NCBI RefSeq assembly: GCF_016432865.1
Contig: NC_067404.1
Location: 42,966,001 to 43,030,000, forward strand
DNA: 64,000 nt
Direction of reading: 5' to 3'
DNA from: Antechinus flavipes
Lineage: Eukaryota
The translations under genes and the position numbers were made by a program. The notes beneath the pieces were generated by a model. That model had not been told where the DNA came from and did no database searches. It saw only the letters and a list, made by a program, of their open reading frames with translations. Position 1 is the stretch's first letter. Each line of letters starts with the position of its first letter. Positions 24,930 through 36,686 of the stretch are shown piece by piece.

Positions 24930-25450
24930 AGAGGAGGGAACTTTAATGAATTGAACGTGCAGTTCCCCACATCAGAAAATCAACAAATGAATAAAGCCCA
25001 AACACGCAAGATGAATGTGGGAAAATTAAAGGAGAAAAAAGTCAGAATAAAAACGAAAATAATAAAGAAAAGATTGTTTCTGAAAGACTCATAAACTTAA
25101 TAAACCATTAGCTAATGAATTTGTAATAAGAGAGGACAACCAAAAAACCAAAATAAAAAATGAGAAGGGAGAAATCCCCAAATGGGGAGGAAATGATCAG
25201 GAACTATCATCCATAGGTACATCCCAGCAAAACTGAACATTTAAATGAAATGGGGGAGTTTTAAAAAAATACCCAAAGGGACAAAACAGTTCCTAGATAA
25301 TGTGACCAATGCAATTTTTAAAAAGAAATAGAATGGTCTGGAAATGAACTGTCATGGGTTGGAGTGAGGAGGAGAGCCTACCAGGTCCAGATAAGGGTTA
25401 CGAATGAATTATTTCCAACATTTAAAAAAATAATGTCTATGCTGTAAAAG
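24930..25450 (+). mobile_element. Degraded L1 ORF2 fragment (region after the endonuclease)
   Basis: ttgtttctgaaagactcataaacttaataaaccattagctaat...aaaaatgagaagggagaaatc resembles the coding sequence of WFFEKINKIDKPLA...IRNEKGDIT. Confidence 0.7.
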
Positions 25451-25490
25451 TTGTTTGCAAGTCACTCTACTTAGTTCTTTTTTTTTCCCC

Positions 25491-25624
25491 TGAGGCAATT
25501 GGAGTTAAATGACTTGCCCAGGGTCACCTAGCTAGGGAGTGTTAAGTGTCTCAGATCGGATTTGAACTCAGGCCATCCTGACTTCAGGGCTGGTGCTCTA
25601 TCCGCCACACCAATTTGCTGCCCC
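25491..25624 (-). mobile_element. WSINE1
   Basis: tgaggcaattggagttaaatgacttgcccagggtcacc...gctgcccc. Confidence 0.9.
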
Positions 25625-25839
25625 TCTACTCAGTTCTCTCTTTTGGAAATACAGGGTGTCCTAAGTCTTAGGGCAATTCTAAGCTTAAAGCTAAAAATCC
25701 AAGCGAGACTTTTGGGACAACCCGGAAATGGTCCAATGAGCAAATCAGAGAAAGATAAAGCAGAGAAAGAGAACTATTGCTCAATATCACTCAATTAACA
25801 TGGACACAAAATTACGAAATAAAAATACTGGCAAATGGA

Positions 25840-26060
25840 GTACAGTATGGCATACTGTTTAGAGTCAGCCTTGGAGCTAGGTCTAAGTTTGACCCCTAAC
25901 ACTTACTGAATGGGTGACTCTGGCCGAGTCTTTCAATCTCATAGCGCTCTTTAAAACTACAAAGTCCTCGAGAAATTGCTAACCTGCATTAGCAGAGGGA
26001 GTTTCCTCCACAGAGAGTTCCCTGTACTAACTCTATCCCTAAATAGAGTACAGGCCAAAA
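25840..26060 (+). mobile_element. Marsupial CORE SINE (Mar3/WALLSI-like)
   Basis: Tail taacctgcattagcagagggagtttcctc...gagttccctgtactaa; a related copy lies reversed at about 3910-4080. Confidence 0.55.
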
Positions 26061-26110
26061 AAATTTCATTATGACCAAGTTGATGTGGGGTTTTTTTGGT
26101 TTGTTGTTAG

Positions 26111-26237
26111 TGAGGCAACTGGGGTTAAGTGACTTGCCCAGGATTACACAGCTCCTTAAGTATCTGAGGCCACATTTGAACACGGGTCCGCCTGATTTCA
26201 GAGCCAGTACTCTATTCACTGTGTCTTCTAGCTGCCC
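26111..26237 (-). mobile_element. WSINE1
   Basis: tgaggcaactggggttaagtgacttgcccagg...ctagctgcccc. Confidence 0.9.
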
Positions 26238-26559
26238 CAATTGGGACCAAGTTGATAGATTGGTTTAGTAATTAGAAGGCTTACTCTAACGTCAAAAAAA
26301 TAAAACCTGGAATAAGTTCTGCCTCTTACACATGCTCTGTGACCAGGAGAAAGCGACTGAAACACTCAAGGCCAACAGACAGTTCTCTAAGACTATTTGT
26401 AGCAGATGAGTCACCAAATCTACACTGATATTGGGAGTTTCCATATACTCTGCTACACTAATGAAATCATAGGCCCCGACGATCCAAGAGACAAAAGTAA
26501 GGAGGGAGGGCATCCCAGGCAACCTCTGCAAAGGCACGGAGGTGGAAGATGGCAAATAG

Positions 26560-27400
26560 CAAGTAAACCGCTTTGACTGAAAAGTAGAGTGTGTGAAGGG
26601 AATGAATGTGCAGTAGATCTGGAAATGTAAGCTGGGGCTAGAGAGTGAAGGACTTTGTAGGGGAATTTGTATTTGACCTGACAGGCAATGGGACGCTTAC
26701 TGAGCAGGAGTGATCCAATCAGACTTGGACTTTAGGAATATAATTCGGCAGCTGGGTGGAGGAGGGATCAGAGGCAAAGAGACACTGGATGTAGAGATAT
26801 CAACAAGGAGGAGGATGTAGAGATCATTGAAGAGGATGTAGAGATATTAACGAGGAGGATGTAGAGATATCAACGAGGAGAAGGAGGAAGATGTAGGGAT
26901 AGCAGTGAGAAGGCTATTTGAATAGCCCAAGAGAGAGCCTCCAGGAGGGTGGTTGGGGGATGAGTAGTGAGAAGAGATTTTGCGATCGGTATGGGGGAGG
27001 AGTGAGAGGAAAGAATCTGGGAGGTATTCTAGCTGGCAGAGTGGTCTGCTCAAGGATACCAGGGGATGTGAAAGGAGGCATGGGTGTGGCAAATTTTGTG
27101 TTGAATATGCTGCTATGCAGGGACCTGTGGGACATCCAGGTAGGGATGGGTATCCAACAGGAAGTTGGACAAGCAGAGAGAGAACTCAGGAGAGAGATGG
27201 AGGCCACGCAGCAAAATTTGGAAGTCATGTGTCTAAAGATCTAATGTGATCCCTAAGAGAAGGAAGAGGGCCTGGGGGCCATCCATCCATAAAGGCTGAG
27301 GAGAGGGATGATGGGCTTCCCAAGGAGATGGAGGAGTATCATTCAGACAGGTAGGCAGTAGGACAGGAAAAGTCCATGGAAAGGGCAGAAGTAGGAAGAG
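26560..27400 (-). mobile_element. L2 LINE fragment
   Basis: gactttaggaatataattcggcagctgggtggagg...ggacctgtgggacatccaggtagggatgg...gaactcaggagagagatggagg matches the reverse-strand L2 3' consensus as I recall it. Confidence 0.75.
26788..26900 (+). repeat. ~24-bp minisatellite (GAGGAGGATGTAGAGATATCAAC) x4-5 inside the L2
   Basis: ggatgtagagat recurs at 26788, 26814, 26834 and 26857, plus a degenerate fifth copy. Confidence 0.85.
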
Positions 27401-28059
27401 AGCAGCCTGCCAAAGGTCCAACCAAGGCCCTGTGGCCTGGTTCCGGCCCTCCAGGAGGAGAGACATTCAACTGCCAAAAACCAGAGCCGAATTCTTCCAA
27501 GACTGGAGCCGTGCCTGAGAAAACACGGGGAGAGCCCTTGACTGACATGTAGGTCTTTACATTTCTTAACATGTCTTGACCGGAGCTCGCTCTCTTTCCT
27601 CATCCACTTCCTCTTCTCTCTGCCTTTCTGCCTTTCTGATAGCTGTCTGGGGCACTGCCGGGTCTCCCAGGATCATAGCCTCGTGGTTTTTTGGCCGTTT
27701 TCCCTCTCCCTCACGTTTGCTAGCCAATCAATGACCAAGGCTCATCCTTGCCTCTCCCGACGGGCAACACTGTAATTCAATCCCTCATTACAATCTTTTC
27801 GAACTATTTATTGTAATAGTCTCCTGCCAGGTTTCCCCATATCCATTGTCTCTCCCTACCCCGAGGCACCTTTTCTACCCTCCCTTCCCCCACTTTCTTC
27901 ACACAGCTGTCAGAATTAAGCAACTGAAAGATGAGCCAGGTCACTCCTCTGCTCAAACATTTTCCCTGGCTCCCACCTGAACCAAGGTCAAACTCATGAT
28001 ATCCAAAGCTCTACCCCACCTCCCTCAGACCTTACTTGTCAACTTAATTTCATATTCCC

Positions 28060-28690
28060 ACATGTGAAAAATGTTTGTGGCAGCCCTTTTCGTAGTGGCA
28101 AGGAATTAGAAACTGAGTGGATCCCATCAGGTGGAGAATGGCTGAATAAGTAATGGTATATGAATGTGATGGAATATTATGTTGTGTAAGAAACGATCAG
28201 CAGGAGGATTTCAGAAAGGCCCGGAGAGACTTACAGGAACCGATGCTGAGTGAAGTGAACAGAACCAGGAGATCACTGGACACGGCAACAAGATTGTGAT
28301 GATTCACTCTGACTGACGGGGCTCTTTTAAACAATGTGATGATTCAAGGCTATTCCAACAGACTTGGGATGGAGAGAGCCGTCTGCATCCAGAGAGAGAC
28401 TGTGGGGACTGAGTGTGGACCGCAACATAGGATTCTTACCTTTTTTGTTCTTTGCTTGCTTTTTTTTTTCTTTCTCATTTTTGTTCTGGTTTTTCTTGTG
28501 CAGCACCATCAATGTGGAAACATGTATAGAAGAACTGCACATGTTTAACTTACCTTGGATCGCTTGCTATCTAGAGGAGGGGGTTGGGAGAAGGGAGGAG
28601 AAAAACGCGGAACCCGAGGTTTTGCAAGGGTGAATGTTGAACTCCAGCTTTGCATGGATTTTGAAAATAAGAAGCTATGATTAATTTTTT
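28060..28690 (+). mobile_element. L1 3' end
   Basis: aaaaatgtttgtggcagccctttt...ggagaatggctgaataag...gaaaataagaagctatg. Confidence 0.9.
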
Positions 28691-29999
28691 TAATCTCCTC
28701 TTACTATCCCCCATGCAGTATATCTTCCAGACAAAACGTACTGCTTCTACACTCCCAAACATTCTAAAATTTCTGTATTTGCCCCCATGCCTTTATTCAA
28801 GTTTTTCTCTAGGCCCGAAACGGCATTTCTCTCCCTCTTAGAATTTCTGCCCAGCCATTCTTGCCTAAGTTAAAAGCTACCTCTTCCAAAAAATCTTCCA
28901 GAGACGAGGATGTACAGTTACAGGGAACCAGGAAAGTCAATGGAAAGAGATGAAAAAATGGATCTCCTTCCCTTCTTTGCAGAGGGTGGGGAGCTATGGC
29001 TTTGGAACACTACATAGGCTGTCAGATTCAACTGATGTATTGGTTGGTTTTGGTAAATTGTTTTTTTTCCTTTCCTTTTTATTCTTTATTACAGAGGATG
29101 GCTCCCTGGGTAGGAGAGTTGGTATATATTTGGAGATGAAGACAATGCTAAAAATAAAAAGATATCAATTAAACTCTCAAAGAAATTAATTATATGCTTT
29201 AAAAAAAGTCTTCCCTGATGCCCTCAAGATCTCATGTAGCACTTAGTTTTCTACCTCTCTAGTTTCAGGATGTTGGGTATTTTAGTTGGCTGTGTACACA
29301 TTATCCCCAACTAGATTATAAACTGTATGAGGACAGGACCTAGGCTTTACCTAGACTTTGTATTGTCCCCAGGTCCTAGAACAGGACTCAGCACATGGAA
29401 GGCACTGTTCTTGCACGGAACAGTTCTTCGGGGGCTCTGGATTTGGGCAGAGCCCAATGGAATCTTGCTTTTTAGATGAAGGTTAATCATAATAACGACT
29501 CACACTGATGGAGTGCTTCCGAGGTGCCAGGCACCCTGCTAAGTGCTTTATAATTATTAACTCATTTGATCTTCACGGCAGCCATGGGATGGAAGTGCTA
29601 TCATCATCCTCGGTTTACAGATGAGGAAACTGAGGCAGTTATGTGACGTGCCCGGGGATACAGCTACTAAGCGTCAGAGGCTGACTCCAGGCCCCTGTGC
29701 TCTAATCGCGGAACTCTCTAGCTGCCTACTGTGTGCTCAATACCGTGCTAAGCCACAGAAGAGCACAACATAAGGGAAAAACCATAATGAAGACACGATC
29801 GAGCTGCTACAGTTTCCTCCTTTCCTCCCTCCCTTCTCTGCCAACATCTGCTCTGACGGGGGAATGGAAACTTAAAAGGAAAATGCTAAAAGCACTGAAT
29901 GATTGGGTCTGTGGAACGTGGGTCCAAAACCAGGAAGAGTTTGAAAGAGAAATCCACAGTTTCTCCCAATAAGAACCATTTCTTAATTATCTATCATGT

Positions 30000-31030
30000 C
30001 CCATCCCCGTCATTCTCATGAACCCCACCTGTGTGGTCTTGCCCGGGCAGCTGCCCTCCCACAGGCCTCCCTGAACAGGCCCTCGTCTCTTGTCCCCTGG
30101 ACTATGGGGGCAGCTGGCCAACGGAGTGCCAGTTTCCTATCTCTGGCTTCAGCCTGGACCTCCGTCCCTTCCGATCCACCTTCTATCGGTGCAATCAGTA
30201 ATTGTAATGCACTGGTGACATGCCAGCCTCTCTCCTCGAAAGCCTTTAGGTCTCCCAGGTGCCTGGAGATTAAAATACAAACTCCTCAGCCTGGGCCCTC
30301 ACAACTTGGCTTGAAAATATTTCTTCACCTGTGCTCCCCTTAGCTTAACTCATCTTTCCTTGAAGATGCCTCCCGGGCCTATTACCCAGCTCTTATCGGG
30401 CATTTAGCACGGGTCGTCCCAGAGACATCTCAGAGTCAGCCAGGCCAGAGCAGAATCCATTCTCTTTCCCTTCAATCCTTCCGAGTCTCCCAGGCTATGA
30501 AGCCTCGATTATGTAAAAGGACTGCTAAGTTTTCCTCATTCCATGTAGCCAATGGGTCACCAAATCTTCCCGGTCCTACCTTTATCATATTGCTCAAAGC
30601 CAATCCTTTCTCCTCACACGACTATTTCCTCTGGTGAGCCAGGCCTCAGGGCCTTCCGATCAGGACGGTGTGGCAGCCCCCTAATTCATTTCTCTGCCCA
30701 GGTTCCCCTACCCGCTGCTGCAAAAGTCATTATTTTTAAGCCCAGAGCTGATCAGGTCACTCATCAATCCACTTCTGTTTAGCTTTTAAAACCCTCCCCA
30801 AGTTGGGTCCAACCTACCTTTCCAACCTCATTAGACATGTGCCCCCTTGCACATTTTATAATCCAGCCATCCCAGCCTTTGCCTCACTTCTGACACACCA
30901 TCTCTCATCTCTGGAACTTTGTATTGGCTGTACCCCGTGCCTGGAAGGCACCCCCACCTAAATTTACCATGTAGAGTCAGTCTTTCTTTACAACGCAGCA
31001 TTTCCTGCCTTCTCCCCAAATGTGAGTGTC
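30000..31030 (+). mobile_element. L2 3' fragments
   Basis: caaaagtcattatttttaagcccagagctgatcaggtcactc...ccaacctacctttccaacctcattagac...tggctgtaccccgtgcctggaagg. Confidence 0.55.
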
Positions 31031-31072
31031 CTTCTTTTAAAATTACCTTGTATTTAACTATTTGGTGTCCGT

Positions 31073-31074
<2 letters not shown>

Positions 31075-31116
<42 letters not shown>
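31075..31116. repeat. (CA)n microsatellite
   Basis: Directly visible. Confidence 0.95.
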
Positions 31117-31119
<3 letters not shown>

Positions 31120-31279
31120 TACACACAACTTTATATTTATGCTTCAAATATTTGCCTTTATTCATATATATATACATACACACACACATATATTTTTATA
31201 TATTTTGTTCTCCCACTATAATATAAGCTCATTAGAATAGGGTTTGTTTCTTTCTTTAAGGCTGTCTCCCCATTGCCTC

Positions 31280-31975
31280 CTATTGAGTAGTTGTAGTAGC
31301 AACGGTGGTGGTGGTGATAATAGTACTGGTGGGGGTAGTCGTAGTAGTTGCGGCAGCCATCCTAATTGTAGTAGCAGTGGTGGTAGCAGCAGCAGCAGCC
31401 GTAGTAATAGTGGCAGTGGTTGTTGTTGTAATAGCAGCAGCAGCAGAAGTAGTAGTGCTGGTGGTGGCAGTGGTGGCAGTAATGGTTGTTGTAATAGTAG
31501 CCACCTAAGTCGTAGTAGCGCTGGTGGCGCTGGTGAGGGTGGTGGCGCTGGTGAGGGTGGTAGCGGTAGCGGCGGCGGCGGCGATGGCGGCGGTGGCGGT
31601 GATGGTCGTTGTAGCAGCAGCAGCCGCCGCCGAAGAAGTAGCAGTGGTGGTGGTGGTAGTAACAGAAACAGTGGTTGTTGTAGTAATGGCAGCAGCAGTG
31701 GCGGCAGCAGCAGCAGCAGTGGCAGCAGCGGCACCAGCGGTAGCGGCGGAAAAAGAAAAAAAAGAAGAAAAGAAAGAAGAAGAAGAAAAAGAAGAATAAG
31801 TAGTGATAGCAGTAGCAGACGCAGCAGTAGTAAAAGAAGAAGGAATAATAATAATAATAACTATTATAGTAAATGCTGTAGAAGAAGTAACAGTAACAAT
31901 AATAGTAATATAAATAGCAGCAATAATAATAGAAGAAGTAGCAGTAGTAAGAGGAGTTATAAGAGTTAGCATTTA
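31280..31975. repeat. Compound trinucleotide repeat mosaic (TAG/TGG/CAG/CGG/AAG/AAT)
   Basis: Directly visible; explains the poly-Ser/Gly/Ala/Thr/Tyr ORFs. Confidence 0.9.
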
Positions 31976-32200
31976 TACAGTCATCCTTCAGAGATGTTGT
32001 GGGTTTGGATCCAGAATACTGCAAAAGAACAACAAAAACAAACAAAAAAAAGAGCCACACAAATTTTTTGGTTTCCAAATGCACGTAAAACTTACATCTA
32101 TACTCTATTGTGGTTTATTAAGTGTGCAATCGTGTTATGTCTAAAAACAACATACACATCTTAATTTGAAAAGATTTTGTTGCTCAGAAAAAATTCTCAC

Positions 32201-32304
32201 CATATTCCGAGTCTTCATTTTGCCGACGGGAGGTCTTGGCTCGATGTCGACGGGGGCCGACCCATGGTGGAGGTTGCTGGAGATTGGGGTCGTGGTGGCG
32301 GTTT
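32201..32304 (-). other. Candidate internal exon (104 nt) of an unidentified minus-strand transcript
   Basis: Minus-strand acceptor ttattttaag|AAACCG at 32304/5 and donor AATATG|GTGAGA at 32201/0. Roughly nine CpGs in 104 nt against a CpG-poor background; not a recognisable repeat. Confidence 0.5.
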
Positions 32305-32351
32305 CTTAAAATAATGAATAATGAATAATGAAAACAATGAAGTTTGTTCCA

Positions 32352-32836
32352 CTGTGTGACTTTTCCTCTCACTTGAACACTTAGAGGTCATTGGAGGGTT
32401 ATTTACTGGCCCAACTTCAATATTGTTTTTTTGATCTCAGAGAATAGGGAGGCCAGAGGAGAAGGAAGGAGATGAGGGAAAGGCCCGTCATGGAGCAGTC
32501 AGAACGACCTACGTTCATCAATTAAGTTCACCATCTTACACGGGCATCATTCATGGATCCCCCCAAAACAATTACAATGGAAACATCAAAGATCACTGCT
32601 CACAAAATCACCATCAGAGAGATGTTGTTGTTGAAATATTATATTAATATATTATATATCACATATGTAATAAATAGATATAGTAATAAAAAAGTTGAAA
32701 ACACCGTGATAATTACCAAAATATGACAGAGAGGCAATGTTGAGCACACGCTGTTGGAAAACGATAGCCTTGCTGGACACAGGGTTGTCACAAACCTTCA
32801 ATTTATAAAATAAAGAAAGAATCAAGCAAAGAATAA
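32352..32836 (+). mobile_element. Tigger1-like DNA transposon 3' portion
   Basis: cacttgaacacttagagg...ccccaaaacaattacaat...cagggttgtcacaaaccttcaattt...gtatacctgTA, i.e. the Tigger1 right TIR followed by TA. Confidence 0.85.
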
Positions 32837-33909
32837 TAAAACAAAGTATACCTGTATAGTGCCGACCGCACGCTTAGAGCTATGCTAAGCATGTTACAAA
32901 TAGCTCATTTGATCCTCATAAGATTCCTAGGAGAAGGCGCTATTATTTCCCCTATTTTACAGATGAGGAAACAAAGGCGGACGAAGACTAAGTGACTTGC
33001 TTGGACAAGCAAGCTAGTAACTGAGGTAGAATTTAAACTCAGGTCTTCCTAACTCCAGGTCCAGCTCTCTATTCACTGCAGGGACACCTAGATGCCCCTT
33101 ACAATAGGAACTCAATATTTCTTCACTGATTGACACTCCTAGTCTCTTCCATTAGAATGGAAACTCCTGGAGGGCAGGGAATATTTCACTTTTATCTCTG
33201 TATCCCAATCATCATGTGCTTGGCACGAGGCAGGTGTTTATTAACTGTTTGTTGATTGCCCTATTCCTGGACTGCTAGCTATTCCCAGGGATCTTCCTGT
33301 CCTCCTACTGCCACATACAGTTGATCACAGCCATCTCCACTTAGGGAGATCCTTCTAGTTCTTTCATTCTCGAGTAGGTGCAGGTGCTAACTTTTCCCTA
33401 AAAGCTTTCCTAACCTGTCAACTGAAAGTAATCTCTCCTTCTTTCAGCAGTCCTAAAATATTTTGTCTGGGATTTTCTTTTGCCTCATCCCATCCCATCT
33501 TGCATTGGACTATCCTGTTTATTTAATGGACTATCCTCCCGGAGGGGAGGAGTCATTTTTCATCTCAGTAGCCAGGATGTAGGGCACAGGGGCTCTAAAT
33601 CTAGTGGGAGTCTAAATGCATGCCCCATACCTCCATGAAGAGTAGTACAAAAAAGACATGTTCTCTGTTCCCGAGGGATATAGGGACCAGTAAAGCAGAA
33701 ACGTTATACACGAGGCCTGAGTCCCTGCACCAGAACTAGTTTCAAATATAATTGGGAAATATTTAACCAAACAAATAAAAATAGAATTCAATATAGAGAG
33801 ATGACGTTACATTTTAAAACTAAAGCAAGATGTAGTCTGCAAGGATCCTTATTTTCTGTTGGCTGAGATGTGGACACAAATAGTTATAACAAGAGGTAGG
33901 ATGCCATGG

Positions 33910-34240
33910 GGAATGGGAAGGAGAGAAAGAGAAAAAGAGAGACAGAGATAGAGAAAAAGAGAGAGATACAGAGAGACAGAGAAAGGAGAAAGGGGGAGAA
34001 GAAAAAAGAAGGGAGAGGGAAGATGGGAAGGAGAAAAAGAGAGGTAGATAGAGACATACATAGAGACAGACAGAAGAGGGAAAAGGAAAGAAGAAAAAGA
34101 GAAGAGAGAGGGGAGGAGGAAGGAAAAAAGAGGGAGGGAGATAGAGAGACAGAGATACACAGAGAAAGAGATAGAAACAGAAGGGAGAAAGGGAAAGAAG
34201 GAAAAGAAAGGAGAGGGAAGGAGGGAGGAAGAAAAAATGT
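33910..34240. repeat. GA-rich polypurine tract
   Basis: Directly visible. Confidence 0.9.
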
Positions 34241-34819
34241 AAGGGGGAGCTTGGGGATGTTTTTTTTTAAATACGTTTTTAAGAGGAGATCCCCTGCTAT
34301 GGTAACTGGAGTTCTGCCTACGCCACTGAAGAAGCCCCCTTTCCCTCATCCATATAATGGGAGGGGGTCTGCACATTAGATACCCTCTGTGCTCTAAGGT
34401 TATTTCCAGCTCTTACACTTGTAATCCTATGCTCCAAACCTGCCCTCCCACCCCCCAGAGATTCTTTCCTGGGGTAGGAGCTGGAATATCCCTGGGATGT
34501 TGAAGTTATACTTGGGATTCCCAAGGGCCTCTAAGCTCCTACACCATTCTCTAATAACTCCAGGATCAAAGCAGATTTCCAAATGCTACCTTTCTAGAAC
34601 AGGAGCACGGAGTCATTGAAGAATAATGCCTTCGATATTTGCAAGGCACTTTCCTCACCCACAGCACAGTTGTTTTTTTTTTAATCTTCATTTCACAAAG
34701 CATTAAATTAAGACTCAGCAGTTAAATAACTTGCCTAAGATCACACGTCAATAAATGTTAGAAGCTGACTCCAAGCTCCTGGAGCTTGGGAAGATGTCAG
34801 AGCCAATGGGATGCTCAGA

Positions 34820-34995
34820 GATCATGTAACTTGGGGCATCTTAAACTTTTTCTACCCTTGACTCATTTTTGCCTGAGAAGTTTTTACACAACCCTTGGTA
34901 TATAAAATAGGTTTGCAAATTAAACATTTGCCTTTTAAAAAAATCATCATTTCACGACCCCCACATTCAGACCGCAACCCACGATTTAAAAAGCT
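34820..34995 (+). mobile_element. hAT-like MITE
   Basis: cttaaactttttctacccttgactc...gcctgagaagtttttacacaacc...caacccacgatttaaaaagct; a homologous reversed fragment lies at about 1960-2060. Confidence 0.55.
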
Positions 34996-35459
34996 TTTAA
35001 CTCCCTTTATTTTATGATGTGCAGAAGGGTGCAGAGATTTGGCTTAATTTTCAAGGGGTGTGCTGGAGCCAGTGCATGGCAGCTCAGAAGAGCAGACTTC
35101 AATTTTTCGCGTGATCTTTCACCTCTCAGAAATCCTCTAATACTTGAATCATTGTTTTGCCTTCCAGTGTTAAGAAAGTGATAGAGAAAGTATTCGGGCT
35201 GAATATGGAAATATGTTTAGAACAACTGCCCATGTCTAACCTGTATTGGATTGCTTGCTGTTTGGGGTGATGGTGTTAAAGGAGGGAGAAAAATTTGGAA
35301 CCCAAGGTTTTTCTTTTTTTTTTGTTTTAATTCACATTCCAATATTTTAATATTTGCCAAAATGACCCCTTTGGAGTTAATTGTAGGTAGAACAACTGGA
35401 GGAAATTCTTGGTAAGACTCAAAATAAATCAATCTATACTTGGATATTTTGAGTTCAGC

Positions 35460-36647
35460 ATACATATATATATATATATAATATATATATATAGATTCAA
35501 TATATAGATATGTATATCAATATACCTATATATCAATATATATTCAATATATCTATCTATATCAATATGTCTATATATCAATATATTCAATATATCTATA
35601 TAGCAATATATCTATATATATATATATCAATATATATTCCATATATCTATAAACCAATATATATCTATATATCAATATATATTCAATCAATCTATCTATA
35701 TATATTGATATATACATATATATCTATATATATTCAATATATCTATACATCAATATATACCTATATATCAATATATATATTCAATATATCTATCTATATA
35801 TAATCAATATATCTATTCAACATCTATATATCAATATATATTCTATATATATAGATAACAATATATCTATATATTCAATATATATGTATATATATAAATA
35901 TCAATATATCTATATATCAATATATAGCTATATATCAATAAATATTCAATATATCTATATATATAAATATATCTATTCAATATGTCTATCTATCTATATC
36001 TATATATATTCAATATATCTATAAATCTACACACTATATATATTCAACATATATTCAATTTATCTTTCTATCTATCTATCTATATATATCTCAATATATA
36101 TTCAACATATCTATCTATATATAAATATATATTCAATGATCTATATTGATATCAATCTATCTATATCAATGTATCTATTCAATATATCTATATATCAATA
36201 TATTTATCTATATCTATCTATCTATATATATCCAATATACCTATACATCAATATATATCTATATCTATATATCAATATATATTCAATCTATCTATCTACA
36301 TATCTATATCAATATATGTATCTATATCTATTATTCAATATATTCAATATATCTATACATCAATATATATCTATATAACAATATATATTGAATATATCTA
36401 TCTATCTATATATCAATATATTCAATATATATCAATATATAATATATATTCAATATATATCAATATATCTATATCTATATATATCAATACATATTCAATA
36501 CATCTATACATCAATCTATATCTATATCTATATCATATCTATTCAATATATCTATCTATATATATCAATATATATTCAATATATCAATATATATCAACAT
36601 ATCTATTCAATATATCTATATATCAATATATCTATCTATCTATATAT

Positions 36648-36686
<39 letters not shown>

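Noticed and set aside
27376-27552. Protein-like ORF MERAEVGREQPAKGP...LTDM*
   Set aside because: Contiguous with and partly inside a reverse L2; an in-frame stop lies just upstream; no recognisable homology.
31216-32084. Poly-Ser/Gly, poly-Ala/Thr and Pro-rich ORFs resembling loricrin or keratin tails
   Set aside because: Multiple frames on both strands are open because of trinucleotide composition; no credible start or splice context.
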